Source: Nitrospirota bacterium (GTDB lineage Bacteria > Nitrospirota > UBA9217). Taken from it: a stretch of DNA of 64,000 bases. Shown here in pieces: positions 39,626 through 48,272 of this stretch. The stretch lies in contig CAVVUN010000003.1 of NCBI GenBank assembly GCA_963751455.1, positions 320,001 through 384,000 on the forward strand, read 5' to 3'. Both the position numbers and the translations under genes were made by a program. Under the pieces are notes generated by a model, which did no database searches, was not told where the DNA came from, and saw nothing but the letters and a program-made list of their open reading frames with translations. How positions within the stretch are numbered: the stretch's first letter is position 1; each line of letters starts with the position of its first letter.

Positions 39626-39777
39626 CCGGCATGAAAAATGTGTCTAAATAGAGTCTGTATTTAAATTGCCTTTCGATCTTTTGCTTGTCATTCCTAAACC
39701 TTTAGAAACCTTTAGGAAACCTTTAGGGTCAAGTCTTTTTCGTTGCATTTCATTCTGATTTCTGCTACAGTCGCCCC

Positions 39778-39909
39778 ATGGCCCGACCTCTAAGAATAGA
39801 ATATGCCGGTGCGGTCTATCACGTAACATCCCGTGGCAACGAGAAAAAGCCCGTATTCAAAAACGACCAGGACCGCGAAAACTTCCTGAACACGGTCCAG
39901 CACGTCAAT
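39778..39909 (+). pseudogene. N-terminal fragment of a Y1/RAYT transposase
   Basis: MARPLRIEYAGAVYHVTSRGNEKKPVF; homology stops where intron sequence begins. Confidence 0.85.
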
Positions 39910-41797
39910 GCCACTACACCTGTCGGCTCCGGCCCCTCTCAGAACCGTGCTTGCGCTATTTACGCACACGGCTCCTCACATGGTCAATTCACGGGTACTT
40001 GGAACATACTGACCTTTATTCGTGGTTTCGGTAATGGAAAACGCTGTAGCATCTCCGAGAACTCCTCCCAGTTGAGGCACCCTCGCCTACCTCGGCGATT
40101 CAGCCATTTCATGAGGACCTTTTCCACTTCCGCGGCAAATCTCTTGATTCCGGGAAGATTATCCGTCACGCCGTAATAGGCAAAATGACCTCTCAGTTTT
40201 GCTTTGGCCGTCCTCCATAGGTCCGCTGTCTTCAGGGTCCTGGCGCTTTTCAGCCATTCCTTGAAGACTTTCACCTTGGCGGTGAATTTCTTGCGGGCGG
40301 TCATCCGCTTCATCCGAAACCCCGTGCCGTCTCTTCTGGCGCCGCAGTAGTGGGTGAATCCCAAAAAGTCAAACGTCTCCGGTCTCTCACCTTTTGCTTT
40401 GGCGTTTTGTACGGCATATCTGCCAAATTTCAGCACTCTGGTTTTCGTCGGTTCCACTTCAAGCCCGAATTTTCCCAGTCTGATACCCAGTTCGCGGCGG
40501 AACGTCGCCGCGTCTGTTTCGCGCTGGAAGCAGACGACAAAGTCGTCGGCGTATCGGACCAGCCGGGCAAACCCGGTGCACTGCTTGCGGATTACTTTCT
40601 CGAACCAGAGGTCAAGGGCATAGTGAAGGTAGATGTTGGCCAGAAGCGGGGAGATGACACTACCTTGCGGAGTGCCTTCGTCGCTTACCGTTGTCGTCCC
40701 GTCTTCATATACCCCAGCCTTGAGGAAACGTCTCACCATGCGATGTATCCGTTTGTCACTTATCCGGTGTTCCAGAAATTTCATCAACCAGTCCTGGTTC
40801 ACGTTGTCGAAGAAACCTTTGATGTCCGCTTCGACTATGTGGTTGACCGGCTTGCCTTCCACGGAGCCGCTCAAGGCTCTGAGCGCGCCGTGACAACTTC
40901 TGCCGGGTCGGAATCCATAGGAATCATCTATGAAGTCCTGTTCAAATACTGATTCCAGTATCCGTACCAGTCCCGCCTGGACAAGTTTGTCTTCAAAGCA
41001 TGGTATCCCCAAGGGGCGTTGTTTGGCGCTGCCCGGTTTGGGTATGTACTTTCGCCGGACAGGTTGCGGTCGGTATGCCATCCGGTGCAGCCTGTCTGTC
41101 AGGTTCAACAGATTGGCGTCGAGGTTCTCGGCATACTCGGCCTTGGTCATGTCGTCAATGCCGGCGGCTGCGTCTTTCCTCAGCCGCCCGTAGCATTCCC
41201 GCAGCAGCTCTTCGTTCATCAGGTGATACAGGCTGGTGAATTTGAACGAAGGTTCTTTACGGGCCTTCTCCGCTATGCGGCGCAGTTTCGTTGTCACCGA
41301 TTGCCCGTCACTGGGTACGGTCGGTGTCGCCTCACGCCGCGCTACCATATGTGGTCTCCTTTCCTCCAGCAGCGTTACCCGCCTTCATCGGTACTACGAG
41401 ACCATCCGACTCCCCGCGCATTTTCTGCCTTCCTCCCTCTTCGGTTGTTACGGCATACTCCCCTTACGAGAAGAGTGCGCGGGGCCTCCCGGGTTTCCGC
41501 GTAATCACCTTGTCAGACATGCCATGGTCTCTGACCCCGAGGAAGCGAACATACCCTTGCCATTGACGGTTATGTTCATATTGACTTCCGACATCTTTCA
41601 CTGCGTCGTCCTTCCCATCGCGTCACTTACGGGGCTCAATCCCTTCAACCTTGCGGCTTACGGCCTATCTGCTCGCTGTCCTACGCTTAAAACTGCATGT
41701 TGCCACACAGCCTCCAAGGACTCGCTACCCGGTAGCTGGCCTGCCTTCCGGGGCGGGATTCACACCCGCTTGATTACGCGACCTTGCCCGGCCGCAC
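39910..41797 (-). mobile_element. Group II intron (class E-like), D6 apparently truncated
   Basis: 5' GTGCG at 41797; D5 GAGCCGTGTGCG...GCACGGTTC; no canonical D6 3' end seen. Confidence 0.85.
39984..41348 (-). CDS. ltrA: Group II intron reverse transcriptase/maturase without endonuclease domain
   Basis: RPLGIP..EDK.VQ, SYGFRPGRS, DIKGFFD, GTPQG, RYADDF, FDFLGF. Confidence 0.95.
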   Translation of the reverse strand: MVARREATPTVPSDGQSVTTKLRRIAEKARKEPSFKFTSLYHLMNEELLRECYGRLRKDAAAGIDDMTKAEYAENLDANLLNLTDRLHRMAYRPQPVRRKYIPKPGSAKQRPLGIPCFEDKLVQAGLVRILESVFEQDFIDDSYGFRPGRSCHGALRALSGSVEGKPVNHIVEADIKGFFDNVNQDWLMKFLEHRISDKRIHRMVRRFLKAGVYEDGTTTVSDEGTPQGSVISPLLANIYLHYALDLWFEKVIRKQCTGFARLVRYADDFVVCFQRETDAATFRRELGIRLGKFGLEVEPTKTRVLKFGRYAVQNAKAKGERPETFDFLGFTHYCGARRDGTGFRMKRMTARKKFTAKVKVFKEWLKSARTLKTADLWRTAKAKLRGHFAYYGVTDNLPGIKRFAAEVEKVLMKWLNRRGRRGCLNWEEFSEMLQRFPLPKPRIKVSMFQVPVN

Positions 41798-41819
41798 AAA
41801 AGACTTGACCCTAAAGATT

Positions 41820-42270
41820 TCTTTTCGCATCGGCGTCATAGCATACAACCTGTTTCTCGGGTTTCGGTGCCTTGCCTGTCCGTCCTCGTGGGGCCGCTAC
41901 ACGATGGCGACATTCCGGTGGAAACTGATCCAGCTGGCTGGCAAGATCGTCCATCATGCCGGTCAGATCATTCTGAAACTCACGGCGGAGACGGACCTGC
42001 TTTTGTTCATTCAGGGCATACGGCAGCGTTGCTATGAGGAGAGTTTGGCAACGACCTGATACCTGTTTCGAGGATCGGAAAGGGACGGAAAATAACGCGG
42101 CGGGGGGAAGACTGTCTCCAGTCGCGCATGGCGCATGTTCGGATAGCCGTAGCCGCCATCCGATGGAGCATGCTGTCGACAAAGTAGCCTCACTGTAGGA
42201 TGGCAGCTGAAAAAAACCGCTGTTTGTCCTCTCGGCGCAACGTGATCAGATTTCTATCGCTGTGCTTGGG
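41820..42270 (+). pseudogene. 3' remnant of a second IS1380-family element
   Basis: FRIGVIAYNL...TFRWKLIQLAGKIVHHAGQIILKL, stop at 42059; probable right end near CTTGGG (42270). Confidence 0.7.
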
Positions 42271-42339
42271 CCCAACACTTGACTTGTCCTGGAATGTGGC
42301 TTATTATAGCTATGGATGTCCACATTATAAGGAGGGGCT

Positions 42340-42573
42340 ATGAGAACCATACAAATGACCTTAGATGATGAATTAGTTGCAACAGTTGACCAGATCGTCA
42401 AAAAGTTAAAAACAACCCGATCTGCTTTTACACGCAAGGCATTAAGGAATGCCGTCAAACAGGTCAATGTCAACCAGCTCGAAAAAAAGCACAAAAAAGG
42501 ATACGGGCAGCACCCTGCCGACAAAACTGAATTTACCGTCTGGGAGTCAGAGCAAGAATGGGGTGATTTATGA
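42340..42573 (+). CDS. Ribbon-helix-helix antitoxin
   Basis: MRTIQMTLDDELV...RSAFTRKAL; AAGGAGG RBS. Confidence 0.88.
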   Translation: MRTIQMTLDDELVATVDQIVKKLKTTRSAFTRKALRNAVKQVNVNQLEKKHKKGYGQHPADKTEFTVWESEQEWGDL

Positions 42574-42881
42574 AGCGGGGTGAGGTGCGATGGTATAAGT
42601 TCAAGCATCCTGATAAAAAAAGTCCGGTAGTTATTTTAACAAGAAATTCAATCTTGGAATACTTGGGTGAAGTTACTATCGCGCCTGTAACTTCGACAAT
42701 AAGAGATATTCCCAGCGAAGTGCTTCTGTCTCGCTTAGATGGCATGCATAATGATTGTGCCATTAATTGTGACCACATACAAACGGTGTCAAAATCAAAC
42801 GTCGGATCGATGATCACCTCCTTATCAAAAGAAAAGCTAAGCGAAGTTCGTGACGCTATCAATTTTGCCTTGAATCTCTAA
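42570..42881 (+). CDS. PemK/MazF-family toxin
   Basis: MKRGEVRW...PDKKSPVVILTR...IAPVTS. Confidence 0.88.
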   Translation: MKRGEVRWYKFKHPDKKSPVVILTRNSILEYLGEVTIAPVTSTIRDIPSEVLLSRLDGMHNDCAINCDHIQTVSKSNVGSMITSLSKEKLSEVRDAINFALNL

Positions 42882-42890
42882 TTTCGCATT

Positions 42891-42950
42891 GCACTACCAA
42901 CGGCTCGACACCGTCCGGGTTTCGCCCGGCGGGTCAGCCGCGTGTTGTAC
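42891..42950 (+). other. attC site with mutated R''
   Basis: GCACTAC ... CGGCT(C)GA / TCAGCCG ... GTTGTAC. Confidence 0.75.
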
Positions 42951-43149
42951 AAGCTCCAGGCAGAGGAGATTTATATTTTCTATTATCAGACGTAAACTAT
43001 TTCCGGAGGAAATCTTATGGCTGTATTTTTCTGGATCACAGATTTGTTGACCCCAGTGATCATTACCATCTCTCGCGGGCGTACAAATGCACTTGACGGT
43101 AGTGCTCTATGCGGGTAAACTGTCTTAAAGCCCGAAAGGGGGTGATCCA

Positions 43150-43425
43150 ATGACCAAGCTCATTATAGAGTCGGACGATACATGGACACGCGAGAAAATT
43201 AAGTTCGCTATTGATACTGAAATCCATCTTTTGAAAAAGGCTGCCGATAAAATCCAGGAAAAAATTAACGGCTTTGAGAAAGCGTATGGCCCGTTAGATC
43301 GAGACAAACTCTATGGCAAACTGAGCGACATGGTTCTTGTGGAGTGGGAAGGAGAAATAGAATCGCTCAGGCGGGTGCGGCACAAATTGAAATCCTTGGA
43401 GGAGATCAATTTTGAGTATCGATAG
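43150..43425 (+). CDS. Putative antitoxin paired with a DUF6516-like protein
   Basis: FEKAYG...DMVLVEWEGE; overlaps the next gene; own promoter TTGACG...TAAACT. Confidence 0.7.
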   Translation: MTKLIIESDDTWTREKIKFAIDTEIHLLKKAADKIQEKINGFEKAYGPLDRDKLYGKLSDMVLVEWEGEIESLRRVRHKLKSLEEINFEYR

Positions 43426-43798
43426 CTATGTCGCCGACTTTGAACGGCGCATCGCCCAAACTCCCCTCATTTCTTCCTATAACCTCACTATTGATAGAAA
43501 AACATCGGATCTTGCTTATATCTTTGGTACACTGGACTTACGCAACGGCGTCACGGTAGATTTCAAAGAGTATATCGAAGACACCGGTGATAGAAACCAG
43601 AAGTTCATGTACGGATATAACGTTCGGCAGGACGCAAATATACTGTTCCGCTACGACAATTCCCCGGACCCAAAGACGCGGAAGCTCGCTTCGTTTCCTC
43701 ACCATAAACACACGAAAAACGGTGAAGTCATCGCGTCGGCCGAGGTTGACCTTTTCACTGTGATCGACGAAATAGAAAAAGTAATTGAGCCTGAGTAA
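43412..43798 (+). CDS. DUF6516-like putative toxin
   Basis: YGYN...LFRYDNSPD...SFPHHKH; TTG start. Confidence 0.75.
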   Translation: MSIDSYVADFERRIAQTPLISSYNLTIDRKTSDLAYIFGTLDLRNGVTVDFKEYIEDTGDRNQKFMYGYNVRQDANILFRYDNSPDPKTRKLASFPHHKHTKNGEVIASAEVDLFTVIDEIEKVIEPE

Positions 43799-43837
43799 AG
43801 CCTAAATAACTGAATCTGCGCGATCACGTCACAATGA

Positions 43838-43895
43838 TTCCAACCATCGGCTCGAGAGGGTCGCAAAAACCGCGCTCCTCAGCCGGCCGTTAAAG
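43838..43895 (+). other. attC site
   Basis: TTCCAAC ... CGGCT(C)GA / TCAGCCG ... GTTAAAG. Confidence 0.85.
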
Positions 43896-43907
43896 GAGAG
43901 CCTGTCT

Positions 43908-44255
43908 ATGAAAGAGATTGTTTCAAATCCCAATTTGGCAGCCTATTGCGGTCTCTATTGCGGCGCATGCAGGAAATATCTGAACGAGAAGTGCCCGGGA
44001 TGTCACGAGAACAAGCGTGCTACCTGGTGTAAAATCAGGTCATGCTGCACGGAAAATCACTTCTCCTCCTGTGCCGACTGTAAACAATTTCAAGACCCAG
44101 TGGAATGCAGGAAATTCAACAACGTTATTTCAAAGATATTCGGATTGATATTTCGATCGGATCGAGCGGCATGCATTACCCAGATTCGAGCAATCGGCGT
44201 GCAAGGCCATGCGGATAAAATGACAAACCTCAAACAGCACACTATCCGGAAATAG
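43908..44255 (+). CDS. DUF3795-family Cys-rich protein
   Basis: AYCGLYCGAC...CPGC...CKIRSCC...SCADC. Confidence 0.85.
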   Translation: MKEIVSNPNLAAYCGLYCGACRKYLNEKCPGCHENKRATWCKIRSCCTENHFSSCADCKQFQDPVECRKFNNVISKIFGLIFRSDRAACITQIRAIGVQGHADKMTNLKQHTIRK

Positions 44256-44293
44256 AGTAGTATACTTTATCAGGAAATAGCTGGAGGAAGTCC

Positions 44294-44467
44294 ATGAAAA
44301 AAGATATCTGCAGCGGGGACCATGCCTGCCATCTTTGCATGCTGGCGAGCAAGGAATTGTTCGATGAAATTAAAAAAATTACGAAGAACCCGAAATATAT
44401 CTGCTTTAACTGCGGCCGCGTCGCAGACTCTCAAAAGAACCTCTGCAATCCGATGCCTCTTGACTAA
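44294..44467 (+). CDS. 57-aa Cys/His-rich small protein, absent from the ORF track
   Basis: GGAGG RBS; MKKDICSGDHACHLC...PKYICFNCGRVADSQKNLCNPMPLD. Confidence 0.75.
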   Translation: MKKDICSGDHACHLCMLASKELFDEIKKITKNPKYICFNCGRVADSQKNLCNPMPLD

Positions 44468-44613
44468 AAGACGGCTGGAAAGAATATTTCCACTATTCCA
44501 GTTTGCGGCGTTTTTACTTGAGCTATACTAATTCCAAGCGGTATATACGTCTCGTACCAAAGACGTCTCTTTTTTCGATAAGCTTATGTCGGCTATCAGC
44601 GAGGGACTTCATC

Positions 44614-45735
44614 ATGAGCGGCCGTATACTTCAAACTCATCGTCCAAGACTCTTTTCCTTGCTTCTCTCATTCCTCCTCCTGACGCTATTCTTTTTCTCC
44701 TGCCACGGTGACGGGCACAGACGGAGAACCGTGCAAACGGTTAAAAACCTGACTGTCGGTGTTCCGGTACCGGACGCAGTATCCTTCAACAGTTTCAAGG
44801 ATTATTCTGTTTCAACGATTCCCGACCAGCTTTACAAAATAAGCGTAACCGGGCGGACCGACACCGCGGTCCTGACATTTTACGGCACGGACGCCTCCTT
44901 TAACACTCCTGGGCAGTGCGCTATTGACAATACAAACCTTGCAGATACATCAGCCGAAGATTGTATCGTTTTTGCACCTGCTGATGTTCTCTATTTTTCC
45001 GTTGATGGAGTATCTCTGAGCAGCTCGTCAGCATCGTACACGATCGCCGTGGATGCTCTTGCAACAACAAATCTTAATCAATCTATACCATCCAGCGATA
45101 CGATTACACAAACAGGCGCAGGTGTCTACTCGGTGCCCAGTTCAGCGGGTTCTCATTATACGATCGGCGTGACAGGCTTGGATAACGATGTTGACCTCTA
45201 CGTCTTCGACGACGCGTGTGTACCGAACAACACCCTGTTTACTGAGACGACGCCGGAGGATTGTACAGTGACAGCCGGAGGAAGTTCATTATTTTTCGTT
45301 GTCGATGGTATATTCAGCTCGAGCGCCACTGTTCGCTATACCGCTGTCGCTACTGCAGCTCCGGTTGTGCCGGCTCCATCGAACCAGGGATCGGCTCTTT
45401 CTCCTGTTTTACTCTCTGGTAATACGCCCATTGTGGGCCAGGTAGCTTCCGGTCCAACAGGTTCAAGTTTTTATTCCGTTACCGGCTTAAATTCAGGCTC
45501 TCGATATACTGTCAGCATTCTCGGCCTGACCAATGACGCGGACCTTACCGTGTTCGGCAGTGATAATACGTTTACCAATCCTGCTGCCTGCCTGATAGAC
45601 AATACTTTTTTTATCGGTACTACTCCTGAAGCCTGCACCGTCACAGTTACTGGCAGCACGCTTTATTATTCAGTGACCGGTATAGCAACGAGCGGCGGGG
45701 TGGCCTTTATAAATTTGACCGTTCCCGGTCCATAA
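44614..45735 (+). CDS. Lipoprotein with three PPC-like beta-sandwich repeats
   Basis: Signal peptide ending FFSC; three Y.I.V.G...D.DL.V...C..(D/N)NT.....T..E.C.V units. Confidence 0.7.
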   Translation: MSGRILQTHRPRLFSLLLSFLLLTLFFFSCHGDGHRRRTVQTVKNLTVGVPVPDAVSFNSFKDYSVSTIPDQLYKISVTGRTDTAVLTFYGTDASFNTPGQCAIDNTNLADTSAEDCIVFAPADVLYFSVDGVSLSSSSASYTIAVDALATTNLNQSIPSSDTITQTGAGVYSVPSSAGSHYTIGVTGLDNDVDLYVFDDACVPNNTLFTETTPEDCTVTAGGSSLFFVVDGIFSSSATVRYTAVATAAPVVPAPSNQGSALSPVLLSGNTPIVGQVASGPTGSSFYSVTGLNSGSRYTVSILGLTNDADLTVFGSDNTFTNPAACLIDNTFFIGTTPEACTVTVTGSTLYYSVTGIATSGGVAFINLTVPGP

Positions 45736-45739
45736 GGTG

Positions 45740-45776
45740 TCCTCTCCCCTGCGGGGAGAGGGTTGGGTGAGGGGGT
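45740..45776. repeat. CCTCTCCC/GGGAGAGG REP-like palindrome between convergent genes
   Basis: Related copies at about 8081-8143 and 35003-35038. Confidence 0.6.
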
Positions 45777-45780
45777 GACG

Positions 45781-46524
45781 TCAATCAATCGATACTACAA
45801 AACTGCCAGGATATCCATCTTCATCGTATTTTTTTTCTCCGTCTTCTGCCGCTTTCAGTGAAGAATATTTGCCGGCATATACCCTGTAAAATATATCTCC
45901 GTTGACGCTTGTGCGACGGATTTCAGAAAAACCTGCGTTTTTCTTCATCATCCCGGACAATCGCTGTGCGTTCGCCTTGTCTTTGAAGGACCCGACCTGT
46001 ACGGTGTAATTGCCGCTGTCATAGCTGCCAGGCGAGGAATAAAGCTCTTTCCCTCCGTCCTGCCTGTATCCCAATGCTTCAATTCTTACCGGCGCTGTTC
46101 CGGCGCCATCGACGCCCAGTTTCTTTGCCGCCGCTAAAGAAAGGTCTATGATCCTTCCTTTCACGAAAGGGCCGCGATCGTTCAGCCGGACTATGGCTTC
46201 CCTGCCGTTCTCTCTATTATATACCTTCACAAACACTCCGAGCGGAAGCGTCTTATGCGCTGCGGTCATAGCGTTCATATCGTAGCGCTCGCCGTTGCTC
46301 GTTTTTTTACCATGAAAGTCCCTGCCGTACCAGCTCGCTATCCCTGTTTGCGAGAAACCTTCGTGGCTCGGCACCGGTTCATACCGCTCCCCGAACACGG
46401 TATACGGCCGCTGGGATGCTTTTTTATTATTGCCGGCGTCCGGATATTTTGAGTAGGTCGATTTTGCAGCGCAACCGGTTACGAGCACCGAGCAGCAGAT
46501 AAGAAGGAAAAATGATTTCAACAT
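45781..46524 (-). CDS. rlpA: RlpA-family lytic transglycosylase with SPOR domain
   Basis: VTGC lipobox, ASWYG..FHGKKTSNGE, TAAHKTLP, NDRGPF, VQVGSF. Confidence 0.92.
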   Translation of the reverse strand: MLKSFFLLICCSVLVTGCAAKSTYSKYPDAGNNKKASQRPYTVFGERYEPVPSHEGFSQTGIASWYGRDFHGKKTSNGERYDMNAMTAAHKTLPLGVFVKVYNRENGREAIVRLNDRGPFVKGRIIDLSLAAAKKLGVDGAGTAPVRIEALGYRQDGGKELYSSPGSYDSGNYTVQVGSFKDKANAQRLSGMMKKNAGFSEIRRTSVNGDIFYRVYAGKYSSLKAAEDGEKKYDEDGYPGSFVVSID

Positions 46525-46671
46525 TGCCGCTATTCCCCTTTTTCTACCGTTCTTATGGTCGTCATAGAGGCTAAAACTTTTTGGGGTTCCAGAATGGCGA
46601 TGGCAATGCTATAATACTAAATTATCAGCAAGAAGAGCAACTGTAAACTTACGGAGAGGGGCGATTGATTT

Positions 46672-46977
46672 ATGATCAAACACATTGTGCTATGGAAACT
46701 GAAAGCGCAAGCCGAAGGCGCAACCAAGGAACAGAACATTGCCATAATGAAGCGTGAGCTCGAGGCATTGAAGAAGAAAATAGGCCAGATCCGTCACCTC
46801 GAGGTAGGAAAAAATATTTTTCCTTCAGACGCAGCGTACGACGTGGCCTTGTACTCGGAGTTTAAAAACGAGCAGGACCTCGATATCTATCAAAAACATC
46901 CGGAACATCTCAAGATTGCGGACTTTGTCGCGAAGATCAGGGAGAGCAGGGTGGTTGTGGATTATGTCGTAGACTAG
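46672..46977 (+). CDS. Dabb (stress-responsive A/B barrel) protein
   Basis: MIKHIVLWKLK...YQKHPEH...VVDY. Confidence 0.88.
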   Translation: MIKHIVLWKLKAQAEGATKEQNIAIMKRELEALKKKIGQIRHLEVGKNIFPSDAAYDVALYSEFKNEQDLDIYQKHPEHLKIADFVAKIRESRVVVDYVVD

Positions 46978-47147
46978 CACCCTGTAAAGGTAGTTCTTGA
47001 TGGTGTATTGCGCCTCTATTTTCCGTCACCCCGGCATGACTTTAGCCGGGGTCCAGAGGTTTGAATCGAAATTTCCCTGGATTCCGGCTTAAAACGTGCC
47101 GGAATGACGGCGTTGCACCATTAACAACTAATTTTATGGAGTACTAG
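46974..47147. mobile_element. CTAG-bounded MITE-like element, copy 2
   Basis: CTAGCACCCTGTAAA ... TTTATGGAGTACTAG; the left CTAG includes the Dabb stop codon. Confidence 0.6.
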
Positions 47148-47166
47148 CAGCACTCGTTGTGGCTTA

Positions 47167-48105
47167 CTATGCTGTCAACCCGTCGCTGTAATGGTCCGCT
47201 TCGGGATGGACTCGGTCTATAATATCGCGAAAAAAGATGCTCTCCTGGGCTAGTTCCGTTCCGATATAGCCCATTTTTTTTAAAACAGGGACGAACTTCA
47301 TTGTCGCTGCGATGTACGCGCCGGTAAGCTTGGCGCAGTATCGTGGCGATATACGGAACGTATCCATTACAAAATCTTTGTCTACAACACCGACAAACGC
47401 TGCAATAACCTCGGCAGCGTCTTTGGGCCTTTCCCTCATAAACGCCGCTGCCTCTTCATGAATACGGAGAAAGCGTTCGACGGCGTCCGGTTGCTTCGTT
47501 AAAAAATCGCGGTGAGCAACAATTCCGTAACTCGGATTATCCGGCCAGAGCTTCGAAGGCGGATAGAGGATTTTCCCTCCTGCATACCGCTGCACTGCGA
47601 CTGCAAGCGCGGGAGTGCCGAACGCAGCTGAAACCTCTCCGCTTACGATTGCCTCCAGGACCTGGTCGGCCCATGCGAAGTTTACGATCGCAATTTCACG
47701 CCCCAGACCATGGCGCTCCAGACAGTCCTTCAGAATAACATCATGGATGGATCCGGTACCGGGAACGCCTATTTTATGCCCTCGGAACTGATCAAGTACA
47801 GCGGCCAGATCATCGGTTTCCGGAAATCCCATCCACTCTGACTTTCCGGTCATCACGGTACCCTCCATATGTCCGCCTGCGACACAGCTGACCCTGGCTC
47901 CCCGATCGATGCCTATGATGGCGGGAGGAAGACCTATATAGGCAAGATCAAGCTCTCCGTTCCTGAAAGCCTTCATGATCGCAGGGCCTGTACCCATGAG
48001 TCTCCATTCGATGCCGGCGTTGATCCTGTTCTCCATCACGCCCTGTGCCATCAGAAGAATAGCTGTGTGGTAAAACGTCGATAGATGCCCTATCCTGATT
48101 TTCAT
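47167..48105 (-). CDS. SsuA/THI5-like substrate-binding-fold protein without signal peptide
   Basis: MKIRIGHLST, GELDLAYIGLPP, PGTGSIHDV. Confidence 0.75.
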   Translation of the reverse strand: MKIRIGHLSTFYHTAILLMAQGVMENRINAGIEWRLMGTGPAIMKAFRNGELDLAYIGLPPAIIGIDRGARVSCVAGGHMEGTVMTGKSEWMGFPETDDLAAVLDQFRGHKIGVPGTGSIHDVILKDCLERHGLGREIAIVNFAWADQVLEAIVSGEVSAAFGTPALAVAVQRYAGGKILYPPSKLWPDNPSYGIVAHRDFLTKQPDAVERFLRIHEEAAAFMRERPKDAAEVIAAFVGVVDKDFVMDTFRISPRYCAKLTGAYIAATMKFVPVLKKMGYIGTELAQESIFFRDIIDRVHPEADHYSDGLTA

Positions 48106-48272
48106 AGGCCGCCTGCTCCCACATCATACAATCTTAAAATCCATAATAGTCGTCATCGTCTTTCGAGTCAAGATCAGAGTGGCTTCGATTACTCAAGCCG
48201 GGCAGCCCCATAACAATTCCATGCTTAATCCGCAATTGAATTCTTCCGGTGCAGTGTGTTAATATTAGTCAT

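Larger units (their letters stand above)
39716..41821. mobile_element. RAYT-like (Y1) element remnant bounded by 24-bp inverted repeats and containing a group II intron
   Basis: GAAACCTTTAGGGTCAAGTCTTTT (39716-39739) and AAAAGACTTGACCCTAAAGATTTC (41798-41821), one mismatch. Confidence 0.7.

Noticed and set aside
39984-41348. Retron, DGR or defence-type reverse transcriptase
   Set aside because: YADD motif, maturase domain, GTGCG 5' end and D5 identify a group II intron.
42268-43100. R''-like heptamers (GCCCAAC, GTACAAA) just before the TA promoters, suggesting TA insertion into attC
   Set aside because: One overlaps the IS1380 end and the other lacks AAC; too short to separate from chance.
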